Shown: positions 20,164 to 29,962 of the stretch, piece after piece
Numbering within the stretch: position 1 is the stretch's first letter
Layout: each line of letters opens with the position of its first letter
Assembly: GCA_965209055.1 (NCBI GenBank)
Contig: OZ242374.1
Location: 5,600,001 to 5,664,000, forward strand
Source of the DNA: Acidobacteriota bacterium
GTDB taxonomy: Bacteria > Acidobacteriota > UBA6911 > RPQK01 > JAJDTT01
Reading direction: 5' to 3'
DNA length: 64,000 nucleotides
The notes under the pieces: generated by a model
What the model was told of the DNA's origin: nothing
Seen by the model: the letters and a program-made list of their open reading frames with translations, nothing else
The model's database searches: none
Program-made: the position numbers and the translations under genes

Positions 20164-21476
20164 CTTTTGACGCCGGCGAGACGGCCGGCATCATTTCCCG
20201 CTATCTGCCCGCCTCCGGAGTCGAGATCGTCGCCGACCTGTCCCGCAGCCGCGGGTCCCGGCTCTGCGAGTTCCAGACCGGCCGGGTCTTCCTGGACTTC
20301 ATGGCCTTCTACGCCACCTCGCCCATCGGCTACAACCACCCCCTCATGACGCGCCCGGAAGTGGTGGAGGAAATGGGAGAGGCGGCACTCCACAAGCCCT
20401 CCAACTCGGACCTGTACACCCCGGAGATGGGGGCCTTCGTGGACACCTTCTCCCGTCTCGCATTGCCCGGCTCCATGAAACACCTCTTCTTCGTGGAAGG
20501 CGGAGCCCCGGCGGTGGAGAACGCCCTCAAGGTGGCTTTCGACTGGAAGACCCGGAAGAACCGGGCCCAGGGCCGCCCGGAGGAGAAAGACCTGAAGGTG
20601 ATCCATTTCAGGGAGGCCTTCCACGGACGGCTCGGCTACACGCTCTCCCTCACCAACACCTTCGACCGGAACAAGACCCGCTACTTCCCCAAGTTCGACT
20701 GGCCCCGGATCGAGAATCCCAAGTGCCGCTTCCCCCTGGAGGGAGACAACCTCCGGTCCGTGCTGGAATCCGAGGAGAGAGCGCTGCGGCAGATCCGTCG
20801 GGTCCTGGAGGAGCACCCTTTCCGGGTCGCCTGCCTGATCCTGGAGCCGATCCAGGGGGAGGGCGGAGACAACCATTTCCGGCGCGAGTTCCACCGCGCC
20901 CTGCGCTCCGTCTGCGACGAGTTCGACCTGCTCTTCATCTACGACGAGGTGCAGACGGGGCTGGGCGGGACCGGAAGGATGTGGGCCATGGAGCACTACG
21001 CGGAGCCGGACCTGCTGGCCTTCGGCAAGAAGACCCAGGTCTGCGGCATCATGGCCAACGGCCGCGTCGACGACGTGCCCGAGAACGTCTTCCGGGTGCC
21101 GGGACGGATCAATTCGACCTGGGGAGGGAGCCTCATCGACATGGTCCGGTGCCGGATCTACCTGGAGATCTACGAGCGGGAGGGGCTCCTGGAGCACGCG
21201 CGCAAGATGGGCCGGGTATTGCTGGAGGGTCTGCGGGAGCTGGCCGAGGAGACGCCGTCCTTCTTCTCCAACGCCAGGGGCATCGGTCCCTTCTGCGCCA
21301 TCGACCTGCCCGACACCCCGACGCGGGACCGGTTCCTGCGGAGCCTCCTCCGGCGCTCCTTGATCATCCTGCCCTCGGGCGAGCGGTCCATCCGCTTCCG
21401 TCCCGCTCTGAACATGCCGGACGAGGACGTGCTGGAGGGTCTGGAGATCTTCCGAAACGCCCTCCGGGATTTTTGA
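20145..21476 (+). CDS. lat: L-lysine 6-transaminase (class III aminotransferase)
   Basis: KPSNSD, AVENALKVAFDWK, AFHGR.GY.LSLT, FPKFDWPRI, EPIQGEGGD, FGKKTQV and INSTWGG. Overlaps the cysS 3' end. Confidence 0.92.
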   Translation: METGDLTFDAGETAGIISRYLPASGVEIVADLSRSRGSRLCEFQTGRVFLDFMAFYATSPIGYNHPLMTRPEVVEEMGEAALHKPSNSDLYTPEMGAFVDTFSRLALPGSMKHLFFVEGGAPAVENALKVAFDWKTRKNRAQGRPEEKDLKVIHFREAFHGRLGYTLSLTNTFDRNKTRYFPKFDWPRIENPKCRFPLEGDNLRSVLESEERALRQIRRVLEEHPFRVACLILEPIQGEGGDNHFRREFHRALRSVCDEFDLLFIYDEVQTGLGGTGRMWAMEHYAEPDLLAFGKKTQVCGIMANGRVDDVPENVFRVPGRINSTWGGSLIDMVRCRIYLEIYEREGLLEHARKMGRVLLEGLRELAEETPSFFSNARGIGPFCAIDLPDTPTRDRFLRSLLRRSLIILPSGERSIRFRPALNMPDEDVLEGLEIFRNALRDF

Positions 21477-21496
21477 CCGTCGCCGGTCTCTCTAAA

Positions 21497-23528
21497 CGGA
21501 ACTTCACTTCGGATAGTCGGTCTAACTGTTTCTCTATCAGGAAGATAGAAGAAATCAACCTGGCCATTTACTGGCAACAAATCGGGTCGGATCCACGCCG
21601 AGCAAATCGAAAGCCTTCGCCTGCACCGGCGTCGGCTTGGCGAACATCGCAAACGGATGCTGCGGGGCGTTCGGCAGAGCCACCTGGTTCAGGGTGAGCG
21701 TTCCGAGATTCGCCAGCAGCGTCCGGAGGCTCTGCACCGGGAGCCCGTCAGTGGTCCGTTTGCGTGCGGCCTTGGCCTTCGTGCGCTCGGACACCTGCGC
21801 TTTTTCCACCGGGGATTTCCGCAGCGCTCGCGCCCCGACCCGATCCTCCTCCTCGAACAGCAGCGGCGCCAGGGCTCGTCGCAGGTGCCACTCCAGGTAA
21901 TACGCCAGCAGACACAGAAAGACATGCCCGCGCACATGGGCCTCGCTGTAGACGTACACCGGGCGCAGGGCCAGCTGCGCCGTCTTGAGCGAGCGAAACG
22001 CCCGTTCCACCCGGGAGAGACTCTTGTACGCCTCCACCGCCTCCGAAGCCCCGATCTCGGAGGCCGCCAGGCTGGTGCGCACGATGTAGATGCCATCCAG
22101 TTGAGCCTCCGCGTCGATCTTCTCCTGGTTCCTGGACCAGCGGATGTCGTCGTCTCTCACCTCGATCCGGAAGTGCTTGGCGACCTTCTTGCGGTTCACG
22201 TCCCGGCCCACCCGGCGGTTGATCGCCTGTTGGCCGCGCAGCCGCGATCTCGGGGAGCGCACAGCCTTGGCGATTGTCTCCAGGATCTTTTCGGTCGCGC
22301 GGAGCAGTTCCTCCCGCTTGCGGGCGCGGTCCTCGCGCAAGCGGGGATTGAGGCAGACCAGCAAGCGTTCTCCGGGAAATTCCGGGCTGAGGATCTCCGC
22401 GACCCCGTCCGGAACCAACTCGCCCGGCCGCAACGGAGCCGGCTGATCTCCTTCAGTGCCCGATTTGGACGGCCGCATCAGCTTGCGGATGGCGTCGGTT
22501 CTCAAGGCCGAGATCCAGGCCAGTCCGGCCGGTGAGAGATCCTCGCGCAGCCGCGCCGTGGTGAGCATGCCCCGATCCCCGACCAAGGCGATGGACTCGA
22601 TGCCGAAACGCCCCTGGATCTTCTCGACCTGCGACGCCACCGTCTTCGGATCCCCCGTGTTGCCGGAGAAGACCTCCACGGCCAGCGGGCAGCCGTCCTC
22701 GGCGCACAGCAGACCGAAGACGATCTGGGGCTTGCCTTTCTTGCCGTCCCGGTTATGGCCGAACGCGGCCAGAGGACAGGAGCGTCCCTCCAGATAGCTG
22801 GAGGAGACGTCGTAAAGCAGCAGGGTCCGGCCCTCCAGATGCCGTCGCGCCAAGCTCTTCTCGATCCAGACCTGGCGGCGAACCAACCAGTCGAGCATCG
22901 CGAGCATCTCGTTGCCGTGGACCGGACCGAGGCCGAGGAGCGGGCCGAGGCTGGTGGTGGCGGTCTGGGGAGACAGGTTCCGGGCGGTGGCGAGCTTGGA
23001 AGCGGGATCCAGCACGCGGGCGACGATGGCGGCGAGGGCGAGGTCGCGGTTGCGGCTGCGGTTGCGGTGCAGGAGGCGTGTCAGACCGAGTTGGCGGGCG
23101 AGGCCGAGGAGAGCGGCGACATGGCCGTGGGGCAGGGCGCGGCGAATGGAGAGGGTGTCGTCCAGGGGGTGGAAGACTTGACCACCCTTGAGCAGGGCGC
23201 GGATGCCGTCGACGATCTCCGGGGGGAGCTTGGAGAGGTTGGCGAGGGTGGTGCGGCGGATGCGTTTGCCCTCGCGTTTGGCGTGGCGGAAGAGGATGGC
23301 AGGGGGACTGTTGCGGTTGGGGATGACATCGACGTGGTAGGACATGGGGAGGCGACCTCTTACATGGAAACAGTAATGAGCACTGATATACAAATGATAC
23401 AGGATAATACTGACAAACACACCGATCCCATACATGGAAACAAATATCCAGTTATAGAGTGAGTCTAGCGAACCGTAACCGGCGCTATTTCAATGATTTG
23501 CTAGGGTTTGGGGGGCAGTGAAGTTCCG
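21497..23528 (-). mobile_element. IS1634-family insertion sequence (2032 bp)
   Basis: Perfect 12-bp TIRs CGGAACTTCACT (21497-21508) and AGTGAAGTTCCG (23517-23528). 6-bp direct repeat TCTAAA at 21491-21496 and 23529-23534. Confidence 0.9.
21555..23345 (-). CDS. IS1634-family DDE transposase
   Basis: LYDVSSSYLEG, G.NRDGK, F.GN..D, VGDRGM, YKSL..VERAFRSLK and H.FLC.LAY. Start reassigned to MSYHVD. Confidence 0.95.
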   Translation of the reverse strand: MSYHVDVIPNRNSPPAILFRHAKREGKRIRRTTLANLSKLPPEIVDGIRALLKGGQVFHPLDDTLSIRRALPHGHVAALLGLARQLGLTRLLHRNRSRNRDLALAAIVARVLDPASKLATARNLSPQTATTSLGPLLGLGPVHGNEMLAMLDWLVRRQVWIEKSLARRHLEGRTLLLYDVSSSYLEGRSCPLAAFGHNRDGKKGKPQIVFGLLCAEDGCPLAVEVFSGNTGDPKTVASQVEKIQGRFGIESIALVGDRGMLTTARLREDLSPAGLAWISALRTDAIRKLMRPSKSGTEGDQPAPLRPGELVPDGVAEILSPEFPGERLLVCLNPRLREDRARKREELLRATEKILETIAKAVRSPRSRLRGQQAINRRVGRDVNRKKVAKHFRIEVRDDDIRWSRNQEKIDAEAQLDGIYIVRTSLAASEIGASEAVEAYKSLSRVERAFRSLKTAQLALRPVYVYSEAHVRGHVFLCLLAYYLEWHLRRALAPLLFEEEDRVGARALRKSPVEKAQVSERTKAKAARKRTTDGLPVQSLRTLLANLGTLTLNQVALPNAPQHPFAMFAKPTPVQAKAFDLLGVDPTRFVASKWPG

Positions 23529-23529
23529 T

Positions 23530-23919
23530 CTAAAACACGTAGTGCCGGAGCCGGAAGCGAACCCGGTCGCGGGTCTCGACGGCGATGACGTCCAATCGCA
23601 CCGGCGCCTTTTCCAACTCGTGGCGCCAGATGAACTCGTCGGCGAGGCGCTCCAGCCGGCGCTGCTTCTCCATGCCCACACGCTCCTCCGGCCGGAACGG
23701 AGAAGGGACGAGACTCGTCTTCACCTCGACGAAGACGAGCCACGAATCGTGCCAGGCGATCAGGTCCACCTCGCCCCGCCGGCCTCTCCAATTCCGGGCC
23801 ACCACGTCCCATTTCATGGCCAGCAGGTGCCGCAACGCGACCCACTCGCCCCAGCGGCCCAAGTCGCCGCGAGAGGGATTGAAACGCCGATTCCAGAGCC
23901 AGGCGAGGATCGGGGGCAC
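23530..23919 (-). CDS. yraN: YraN family (UPF0102) nuclease-like protein
   Basis: LGRWGE..A...L, RNWR.RRGEVDLIA, LVFVEVK and RLDVIAV. Start uncertain (23919 or 23964). Confidence 0.9.
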   Translation of the reverse strand: MPPILAWLWNRRFNPSRGDLGRWGEWVALRHLLAMKWDVVARNWRGRRGEVDLIAWHDSWLVFVEVKTSLVPSPFRPEERVGMEKQRRLERLADEFIWRHELEKAPVRLDVIAVETRDRVRFRLRHYVF

Positions 23920-24040
23920 CCGTCCTTCACGCTCCCAGCCACCGCCCGGCGTCGTGCGAAGCATCCACCCAACAAAACGTCCGGGGCACGGAAAACGCGG
24001 GACGGCCCGGAACCGCGGGCAGAGGATCTGGCAGACCCGC

Positions 24041-24496
24041 TTATTTGCCTGGTTTTTCCTTGAAGTCCAGGGCCGCCGAATTGATGCAGAAACGCAGGCC
24101 GGTGGGACGGGGCCCGTCGTCGAAGACGTGTCCCAGGTGAGATCCGCAACGACGGCACAGGACCTCGACTCTCCTCATCCCGTAGCTGTCGTCCGCTTCC
24201 ATGGCGACTCTCTCCTTCTCAACGGGAGCCCAGAAACTGGGCCAGCCGGTTCCCGAATCGAACTTCGTCTCCGAGCTGAAGAGTTCGCTGCCGCACGCCA
24301 CGCAAAGATAGGAGCCGTCCGCCTTGTTGGCATAGTACTTGCCGGAAAAGGGGGGCTCGGTCCCCTTCATCCTGCAGACGTAGAACTGCTCCTCCGTCAG
24401 GGTCTTTCTCCACTCCTCTTCGGTGGTGGCAGCAGACGTTTCCAAGGGTTCGTGCTCATTTCGGCCCGAGTCGCGGTCTCTCCGCCAGATCGCCAT
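24041..24496 (-). CDS. msrB: Peptide-methionine (R)-S-oxide reductase
   Basis: GTEPPF, Cxx[21 protein letters not shown] and R.CINS. Confidence 0.97.
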   Translation of the reverse strand: MAIWRRDRDSGRNEHEPLETSAATTEEEWRKTLTEEQFYVCRMKGTEPPFSGKYYANKADGSYLCVACGSELFSSETKFDSGTGWPSFWAPVEKERVAMEADDSYGMRRVEVLCRRCGSHLGHVFDDGPRPTGLRFCINSAALDFKEKPGK

Positions 24497-24703
24497 GAGT
24501 TCTCCTTTCCGGTCCTTTTTCTATCAGTCAACGAGTTGCAATGAGGTTAGGACATGTTGAATCCAATACTTCCTTGTAGGCGCCTTCACGACTTGCCGAA
24601 ACATGTCAAAGTCAAACTACGCCGTCTCGCGAATCCGCTGCTCGTTGCAAGTTGGACGTAAAGTTTGCCACCAGCGAAATCGCCATGGGGGCTTCCGCCC
24701 GCC

Positions 24704-25525
24704 TCAAACGTCGATTTCCCCTTTCCACGCATCGCCCGGAAGGAGCCCGATCAGCCGTTCGGATACCATTCGCGCTGCTTCCACCGGCCGCCACTCGTAA
24801 CCTTTTGTAAGAAGAGCGCTCATGTCGGCGCCGAATTGAGGATCTCCGAGCTTTCCCGCGAGATTCCTCTCGAACATGGCGCGCGTCACCCGATGGCCAT
24901 CGCGGTCCATATACTCCCGGAAGGCGGACACGATCCGTCCGGGATCGCTCCGATCATCGCCGAGCCCCGTCGCCACGTCGAACAGGTCCCGGCCCTTCTT
25001 GCGCTGATAGAGCGCTCTCAACTTCGTCGCAAGCAGCTCATCGAGTTCGAATGTCGTGACATCCGCAGATTCGGAATACCACCTCGATTCCACCGAAAAC
25101 GGACGTCCGGTGAAGCCGAACGCCGCAAAGTGCTCTCGTGTATTGACCTCGACCTTGAGCCGCAGCCGTATCGGCGGAACACCCTCCGACATGAAACGGT
25201 AGCGGAACGTCAACCGGCCTTTCGACTGTTTCCATCGCGCTTGTCCAAGCCATGGATTGAGAACGCTTCGCAGGGCGTCCATCAGGGGTCCGGCAGGTCC
25301 GGGCGCAACCTGGACTAGATCGATGTCCTCTGAGTAGCGAGCCGGCGGAGTCAGGTAGAGCTTGTAGAGCGCCGTGCCGCCCCGGAAGGCCAGCGCTCCG
25401 GCGAGAACAGGATCGGAGAATATCCCGGCCAAGGCACGGCTGATGACAAGGTCCTGCTCGACCTGGAAATCCTCGATCCACGGCGCCCGCGCACGCCATT
25501 CTGTGATGTAGTCCCGAGGGATCAT
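24704..25525 (-). CDS. abiEii: AbiEii nucleotidyltransferase toxin
   Basis: VEQD, FRGGTAL, RYSEDID, K..ALYQR.KGRDLFD. ATG overlaps the abiEi stop (ATGA). Confidence 0.92.
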   Translation of the reverse strand: MIPRDYITEWRARAPWIEDFQVEQDLVISRALAGIFSDPVLAGALAFRGGTALYKLYLTPPARYSEDIDLVQVAPGPAGPLMDALRSVLNPWLGQARWKQSKGRLTFRYRFMSEGVPPIRLRLKVEVNTREHFAAFGFTGRPFSVESRWYSESADVTTFELDELLATKLRALYQRKKGRDLFDVATGLGDDRSDPGRIVSAFREYMDRDGHRVTRAMFERNLAGKLGDPQFGADMSALLTKGYEWRPVEAARMVSERLIGLLPGDAWKGEIDV

Positions 25526-26322
25526 GCTTCCGACTCGATGGTCACGTTGACGTACAACCGCCAATCCTTCGACCGAGGCGCATTCTCCGCACTTGCGGCC
25601 GGCAGGAGTTTCGTGAAGTTTCGCGTCCGTTCTTGCACATGCTCCTTGAGAAGGGCGGCTTTGTCTCCGCACCCGACATGTACGAGCAGGTAGCCCAAAC
25701 GCTGCGCCCACGGGATCGGCGCATGCTTCGACGCGTCAACGAGACGCTGCGGGTCCATTCCCTCGGCGAGTTCGGAAAGAAGACCTGCTACACGGTCCAC
25801 TCCGCCCGCGTGACGCACGTATCCGACAAGATCCACGGCCGTTGCCTCCACCGTTGAGACCCGAACGGTTCCGCGCGGATTGTTGAATTTCTGGACCGGC
25901 ACGTCTCCCACGTTCCGGCGCGCGACGAATGATACCTTCACGGATCCGCACAAGATGGAAGGCCTGTTCCTGCCAAGGATGACCTGGAACGCTTGCGGCC
26001 GATGATGCGCGGCGCCGTGGTATTGTGCGGCCGACAGAAGCGCTGCGTAGTACGGGACGTTCCGGTACTCCATGAGGGCTGGGATGAACTGGTCCGCCGG
26101 CAGGCAACCGAGCCTTCTGTATTCGGGCGGCACGATGACATAGAACCCGCGCGAGGGGCTGGCGATCTCGCCCTTGGCCGCCAGACGGCTCAGTGCCTGC
26201 CTCGCCGCGGCGGCGGAAACGCCGAGCGCCGAACGAAGCTCGGCCGACGTGAAGTGATGCCGCCCGCGAGCGGATAGATCCATGATGACATGGCGAGCGC
26301 GTGGCTTGGCAGAATCATTCAT
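25522..26322 (-). CDS. abiEi: AbiEi antitoxin (type IV TA), wHTH + C-terminal domain
   Basis: N-terminal wHTH with RGFY.IVPPEY, YY..LLSAA..HGAAH..PQ, E.TA.DL and QRLGYLL. Confidence 0.9.
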   Translation of the reverse strand: MNDSAKPRARHVIMDLSARGRHHFTSAELRSALGVSAAAARQALSRLAAKGEIASPSRGFYVIVPPEYRRLGCLPADQFIPALMEYRNVPYYAALLSAAQYHGAAHHRPQAFQVILGRNRPSILCGSVKVSFVARRNVGDVPVQKFNNPRGTVRVSTVEATAVDLVGYVRHAGGVDRVAGLLSELAEGMDPQRLVDASKHAPIPWAQRLGYLLVHVGCGDKAALLKEHVQERTRNFTKLLPAASAENAPRSKDWRLYVNVTIESEA

Positions 26323-26445
26323 TACTCCAGCAAAGTAGCATTTATCGTCACATTATGACAGTGATTTTGTCACAACGAGGTAGGTTCGCCCTATTCGATG
26401 CGCCTGTAGTCATTACCCGGCATCGGCGGACGCGGGGCCCCGCTC

Positions 26446-26474
26446 TTGACAACATCAGGCCGAATTCCTAAGAT
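26446..26474 (+). promoter_or_regulatory. Sigma70 promoter of tRNA-Gly
   Basis: TTGACA-N17-TAAGAT, ending 15 nt before the tRNA. Confidence 0.8.
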
Positions 26475-26489
26475 TCGTGGACGCTTGGT

Positions 26490-26564
<75 letters not shown>

Positions 26565-26590
26565 TTTTTCCCCAATAGATCCAAACCTAT

Positions 26591-29500
26591 TTGAAGAGCC
26601 GCTGCGTTCCGATACTCCTCGGCGGATGCCTCGTCCTGCTCCTGGCAGGCCGGTGGGTCCGGGGACAGGCGGAGAGCGCCACTCTGCTGGGAACGGTCCG
26701 GACGGAGGACGGCGCCCCTGCCGGAAACGTGGAGATTTCGATTCGGCGTCCGGCCACCAATGAGTCCTACTCCTTGTTGACCGGCCCCCGCGGCAACTAC
26801 CGCCGGGACAGCCTCGCCGCGGGGGACTACGAGATCCAGGTGGCCTCCCGCGGTTACGTCGGACAGCTTCGGACCGGAGTCCAACTCCTGGTGGGCCAAG
26901 CCCTCCGGGAGAACTTCGTCCTGATTCCGGGCGACGAGAACGAAGTTCGGGTTCAGGAGAGCGGGTGGATCCCCAGCAGCTCGGACCGGGACGACCGGGG
27001 CCTGGTCATCGACCGGGAGAAACTGGAGACACTCCCGGTGGCCTCCCGCGACATCGGCCAATTGGTGGACATGGCTCCGGGCGCAGCCCGCACCAGCAGC
27101 GGCCGGCGCCGGGGCGTGAAGGTCATGGGGATGAGGCGCAGGGACAACCTGCTCTACATCGACGGGACCCTCTTTACCCATGGCGACGGCGGAACCTCAC
27201 TCCAGGCCAGCACCGACGCGCTCCAGGAGTTCGACATCAAGAGCGGGCTCTACTCGGCCGAGTACGGGATTCGACCCGGGGCGCAGATCGTGGCGGTGAC
27301 CAAGAGCGGGACCAACGCCTACCACGGCAGCCTCTATTGGTTTCACCGAAACGACAACCTGGATGCCCGAAACTTCTTCGAGCAGGAAAAGAAGGAGTTC
27401 AAGCGGAATCAGATGGGCGCCACGCTGGGCGGCCCCATCCTGCTTCCCGGGCTGTTCAAGGGCACGGACCGCGCCTGGTTCTTCGTCTCCCACCAGCACC
27501 GGTCGATTCGCGAGACCAAGCCCCTTACCGGCGTCGTCCCCACGTCGGACGAGAGGAAGGGGATCTTTTCGACTCCGATTACGGACCCCTCGACGGGTGC
27601 GCCCTTTCCCAACAACCGCATCCCCGAGGACCGGTTCGACCCGGCGGCGCTGAAGCTGCTTCCCATCTGGCCGGGGCCCAACAACGCGGGTCCCCTGAAC
27701 TTCACCAGCCCCGACTCGGTTTCGCCCATCGACAACCCCCAAATCATCGCCCGCGTTGACCTGAAGACCTCGGACGTCAGCCGTTGGAGCGGCCGCTTCG
27801 TCTGGGACTCGCGGCCCAGTTTTATGGCTCGGCACGTCAGCATCTTCTCCTCCCGCAGTCCCCTGGCCACCTACGGACAGTCCATCTCCTACCGGCGGAA
27901 CCTGGGGTCCAGGGACGTGAACGTGGCGAGCATTCACCTGTTCCGGCGTCCTTACGAGGCGTCCCCCACCCATCCCCTCCCCGGCCTCGCCGGGAGCCTG
28001 GACTTTGGCCCTTTGTTCCAGGCCGAGGTGGACCGTCACGGAATTCCCAGGACCCAGCTCACGGGATTCGTCGGCATCGGAGACCTGACCCTCGCCGGCA
28101 AGACGGCCCTGGGCAACTGGCAGGTCAAGGATGACCTGGTGCTCCCGCGTGGCGACCACACCTTGAAGCTGGGTCTCGAGTACCGCCAACATTTCAACCA
28201 GTACGGCCAGCACCGGCGGACCGAGTTCGATTTCTACAACCGGTACACGGGGAACGCCTGGGGCGACTTCCTGCTGGGACATCTGGCCCAGAGCCAACTT
28301 GGCGGGGAATTCAATCGGGGGCGTTTCCACCAGAACAGCATCTATGCCTACATTTCCGACGAGTGGAGGGTCACACCGGGATTGGACCTGAACCTGGGCC
28401 TCCGGTACGAACTCCGGCTGCCCTGGGTCGACCTGCGGGGCTTCATGTCCAACTTCGACCCCGGCACGGGACGGCTCCACCCGCTGCTGCAGGACCTGGA
28501 TCTGGCGCCCGGGGAGACGGGCCGTTTCCAACCACGGACGCCCCTCATCCAGTGGGGCCGCCTGGCCGGAATCCAGCCCCGCCTGGGATTGGCGATACGT
28601 CTCGGCAGCCGCACGGTTCTTCACACCGGAGCCGGCCTCTATTCCAACGAACCCGACGTGGGAATGATCTCCAGACTTGGAAGGAACCCCAGGCCCGGCG
28701 CCCAGAGACTGATTTTCAAGTCCGATCTGGCGACGCCGACCCTGTCGCTCTCCGATCCCTTTCCACGAGGAGGCAGGGACGCGGCCGTGCCGGATCGCTA
28801 CGGCGTCGAGACTCCCCTGCCCCTGGCGACGACTCAGGCGTGGGGACTGAGCCTGCAGCACCGCCTCTCTCGGGAACTCCTCGTCAACGCCGGATACCAC
28901 GGTTCCCACACCGTCCACCGGCTGGAGACGATCTCCCTCAACGACGCCGAGCCGGGACCGGGCGACCGGCAACATCGCCGCCCCTATCCTCACTTGCAGA
29001 CCGTGCAGATGCCCCAGGCCGACGGCGGTGCGTGGTATCACGGATTGCAGGTGCAGTTGGAGAAGGCTCCAGGCAACCACGGCCTCTCCCTGCTGGCCTC
29101 GTTCAGTTGGTCGCGGCTGATCGAGATCGGCGCCAGCGACATGGGCTCGCATTTTTTCCCCCTCTTTCGGTCCCGGAACGTGCCCCTGGAGGCCACCCGG
29201 GGGCTGGCCGACTTCCACGTCCCCCGCAGGCTCCTGCTGAGCCTGGGCTACGACCTCCCCTTCGGGTCCGGTGGCGTGGGACCCGGCGCCCGGTGGATCG
29301 CCGGCCTGGTCCGCAACTGGTCGCTCCGGTTGATTTCCAGCGCTCAGGACGGTCCCTGGATCACGATCCATCTTCCGGGAGATCCGTTGGACGTGGGTTC
29401 GGTGGCCTCTCAATGGCCCGACCGGGTCCGCGACGCCAACTTTCCCCAGAGTCAGCGGGTCCCGACCCGGTGGTTTGACACCGAGGCCTTCCGCTTGCCC

Positions 29501-29767
29501 CCGGCATTCCAATATGGAAACGCGGGAAGGTCCACCGTGGAGGGTCCCGGGCTCATCAATCTGGACGTCTCGCTGAGGCGCACGTTCAGGTTCGAAGACG
29601 GGCGCCGTTTCGAGCTGCGGCTCGAAGCCTTCAACGCCGCCAACCGGGCCAATTTCTCCGTCAGGCGCGGCGACCCGGTAACGGAGTTTGGCACCGCCGG
29701 CTTCGGAAGCATCGGCCGCGCACTTCCGGGCCGCCAGATTCAACTGGGATTCAAGGCCTATTTTTGA
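26591..29767 (+). CDS. TonB-dependent outer membrane receptor, Oar-like (N-terminal carboxypeptidase-regulatory-like domain)
   Basis: YSAEYG, TKSGTN..HGS...F.RND.LDARNFF, NQ.G.TLGGP, LNLGLRYE, E.FN..N..NF and C-terminal RQIQLGFKAYF. Confidence 0.9.
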   Translation: MKSRCVPILLGGCLVLLLAGRWVRGQAESATLLGTVRTEDGAPAGNVEISIRRPATNESYSLLTGPRGNYRRDSLAAGDYEIQVASRGYVGQLRTGVQLLVGQALRENFVLIPGDENEVRVQESGWIPSSSDRDDRGLVIDREKLETLPVASRDIGQLVDMAPGAARTSSGRRRGVKVMGMRRRDNLLYIDGTLFTHGDGGTSLQASTDALQEFDIKSGLYSAEYGIRPGAQIVAVTKSGTNAYHGSLYWFHRNDNLDARNFFEQEKKEFKRNQMGATLGGPILLPGLFKGTDRAWFFVSHQHRSIRETKPLTGVVPTSDERKGIFSTPITDPSTGAPFPNNRIPEDRFDPAALKLLPIWPGPNNAGPLNFTSPDSVSPIDNPQIIARVDLKTSDVSRWSGRFVWDSRPSFMARHVSIFSSRSPLATYGQSISYRRNLGSRDVNVASIHLFRRPYEASPTHPLPGLAGSLDFGPLFQAEVDRHGIPRTQLTGFVGIGDLTLAGKTALGNWQVKDDLVLPRGDHTLKLGLEYRQHFNQYGQHRRTEFDFYNRYTGNAWGDFLLGHLAQSQLGGEFNRGRFHQNSIYAYISDEWRVTPGLDLNLGLRYELRLPWVDLRGFMSNFDPGTGRLHPLLQDLDLAPGETGRFQPRTPLIQWGRLAGIQPRLGLAIRLGSRTVLHTGAGLYSNEPDVGMISRLGRNPRPGAQRLIFKSDLATPTLSLSDPFPRGGRDAAVPDRYGVETPLPLATTQAWGLSLQHRLSRELLVNAGYHGSHTVHRLETISLNDAEPGPGDRQHRRPYPHLQTVQMPQADGGAWYHGLQVQLEKAPGNHGLSLLASFSWSRLIEIGASDMGSHFFPLFRSRNVPLEATRGLADFHVPRRLLLSLGYDLPFGSGGVGPGARWIAGLVRNWSLRLISSAQDGPWITIHLPGDPLDVGSVASQWPDRVRDANFPQSQRVPTRWFDTEAFRLPPAFQYGNAGRSTVEGPGLINLDVSLRRTFRFEDGRRFELRLEAFNAANRANFSVRRGDPVTEFGTAGFGSIGRALPGRQIQLGFKAYF

Positions 29768-29962
29768 TCGCTGAAAGCAATCGCAGTACGTTATTGGCAG
29801 ATGCGGATGGAAGTCGTGCTTTTCAGTTGCTTTGGGAGGCATTCCGCCGAACCGGCAAAGGCGAACCCGGCCTGTCAGAACCGGCGCCGGATGAGGGTTT
29901 TTCTTCGGCCGGACTGACCGGCCATTGAGTCTCACCCCGTCCACGGGCACAATGGAGCCACA

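Noticed and set aside
21555-23435. Extended starts in the ORF track (transposase 23435; also 6518, 8235, 14759, 25711, 42909, 61736)
   Set aside because: Family motifs, signal peptides or stop/start overlaps point to downstream starts.
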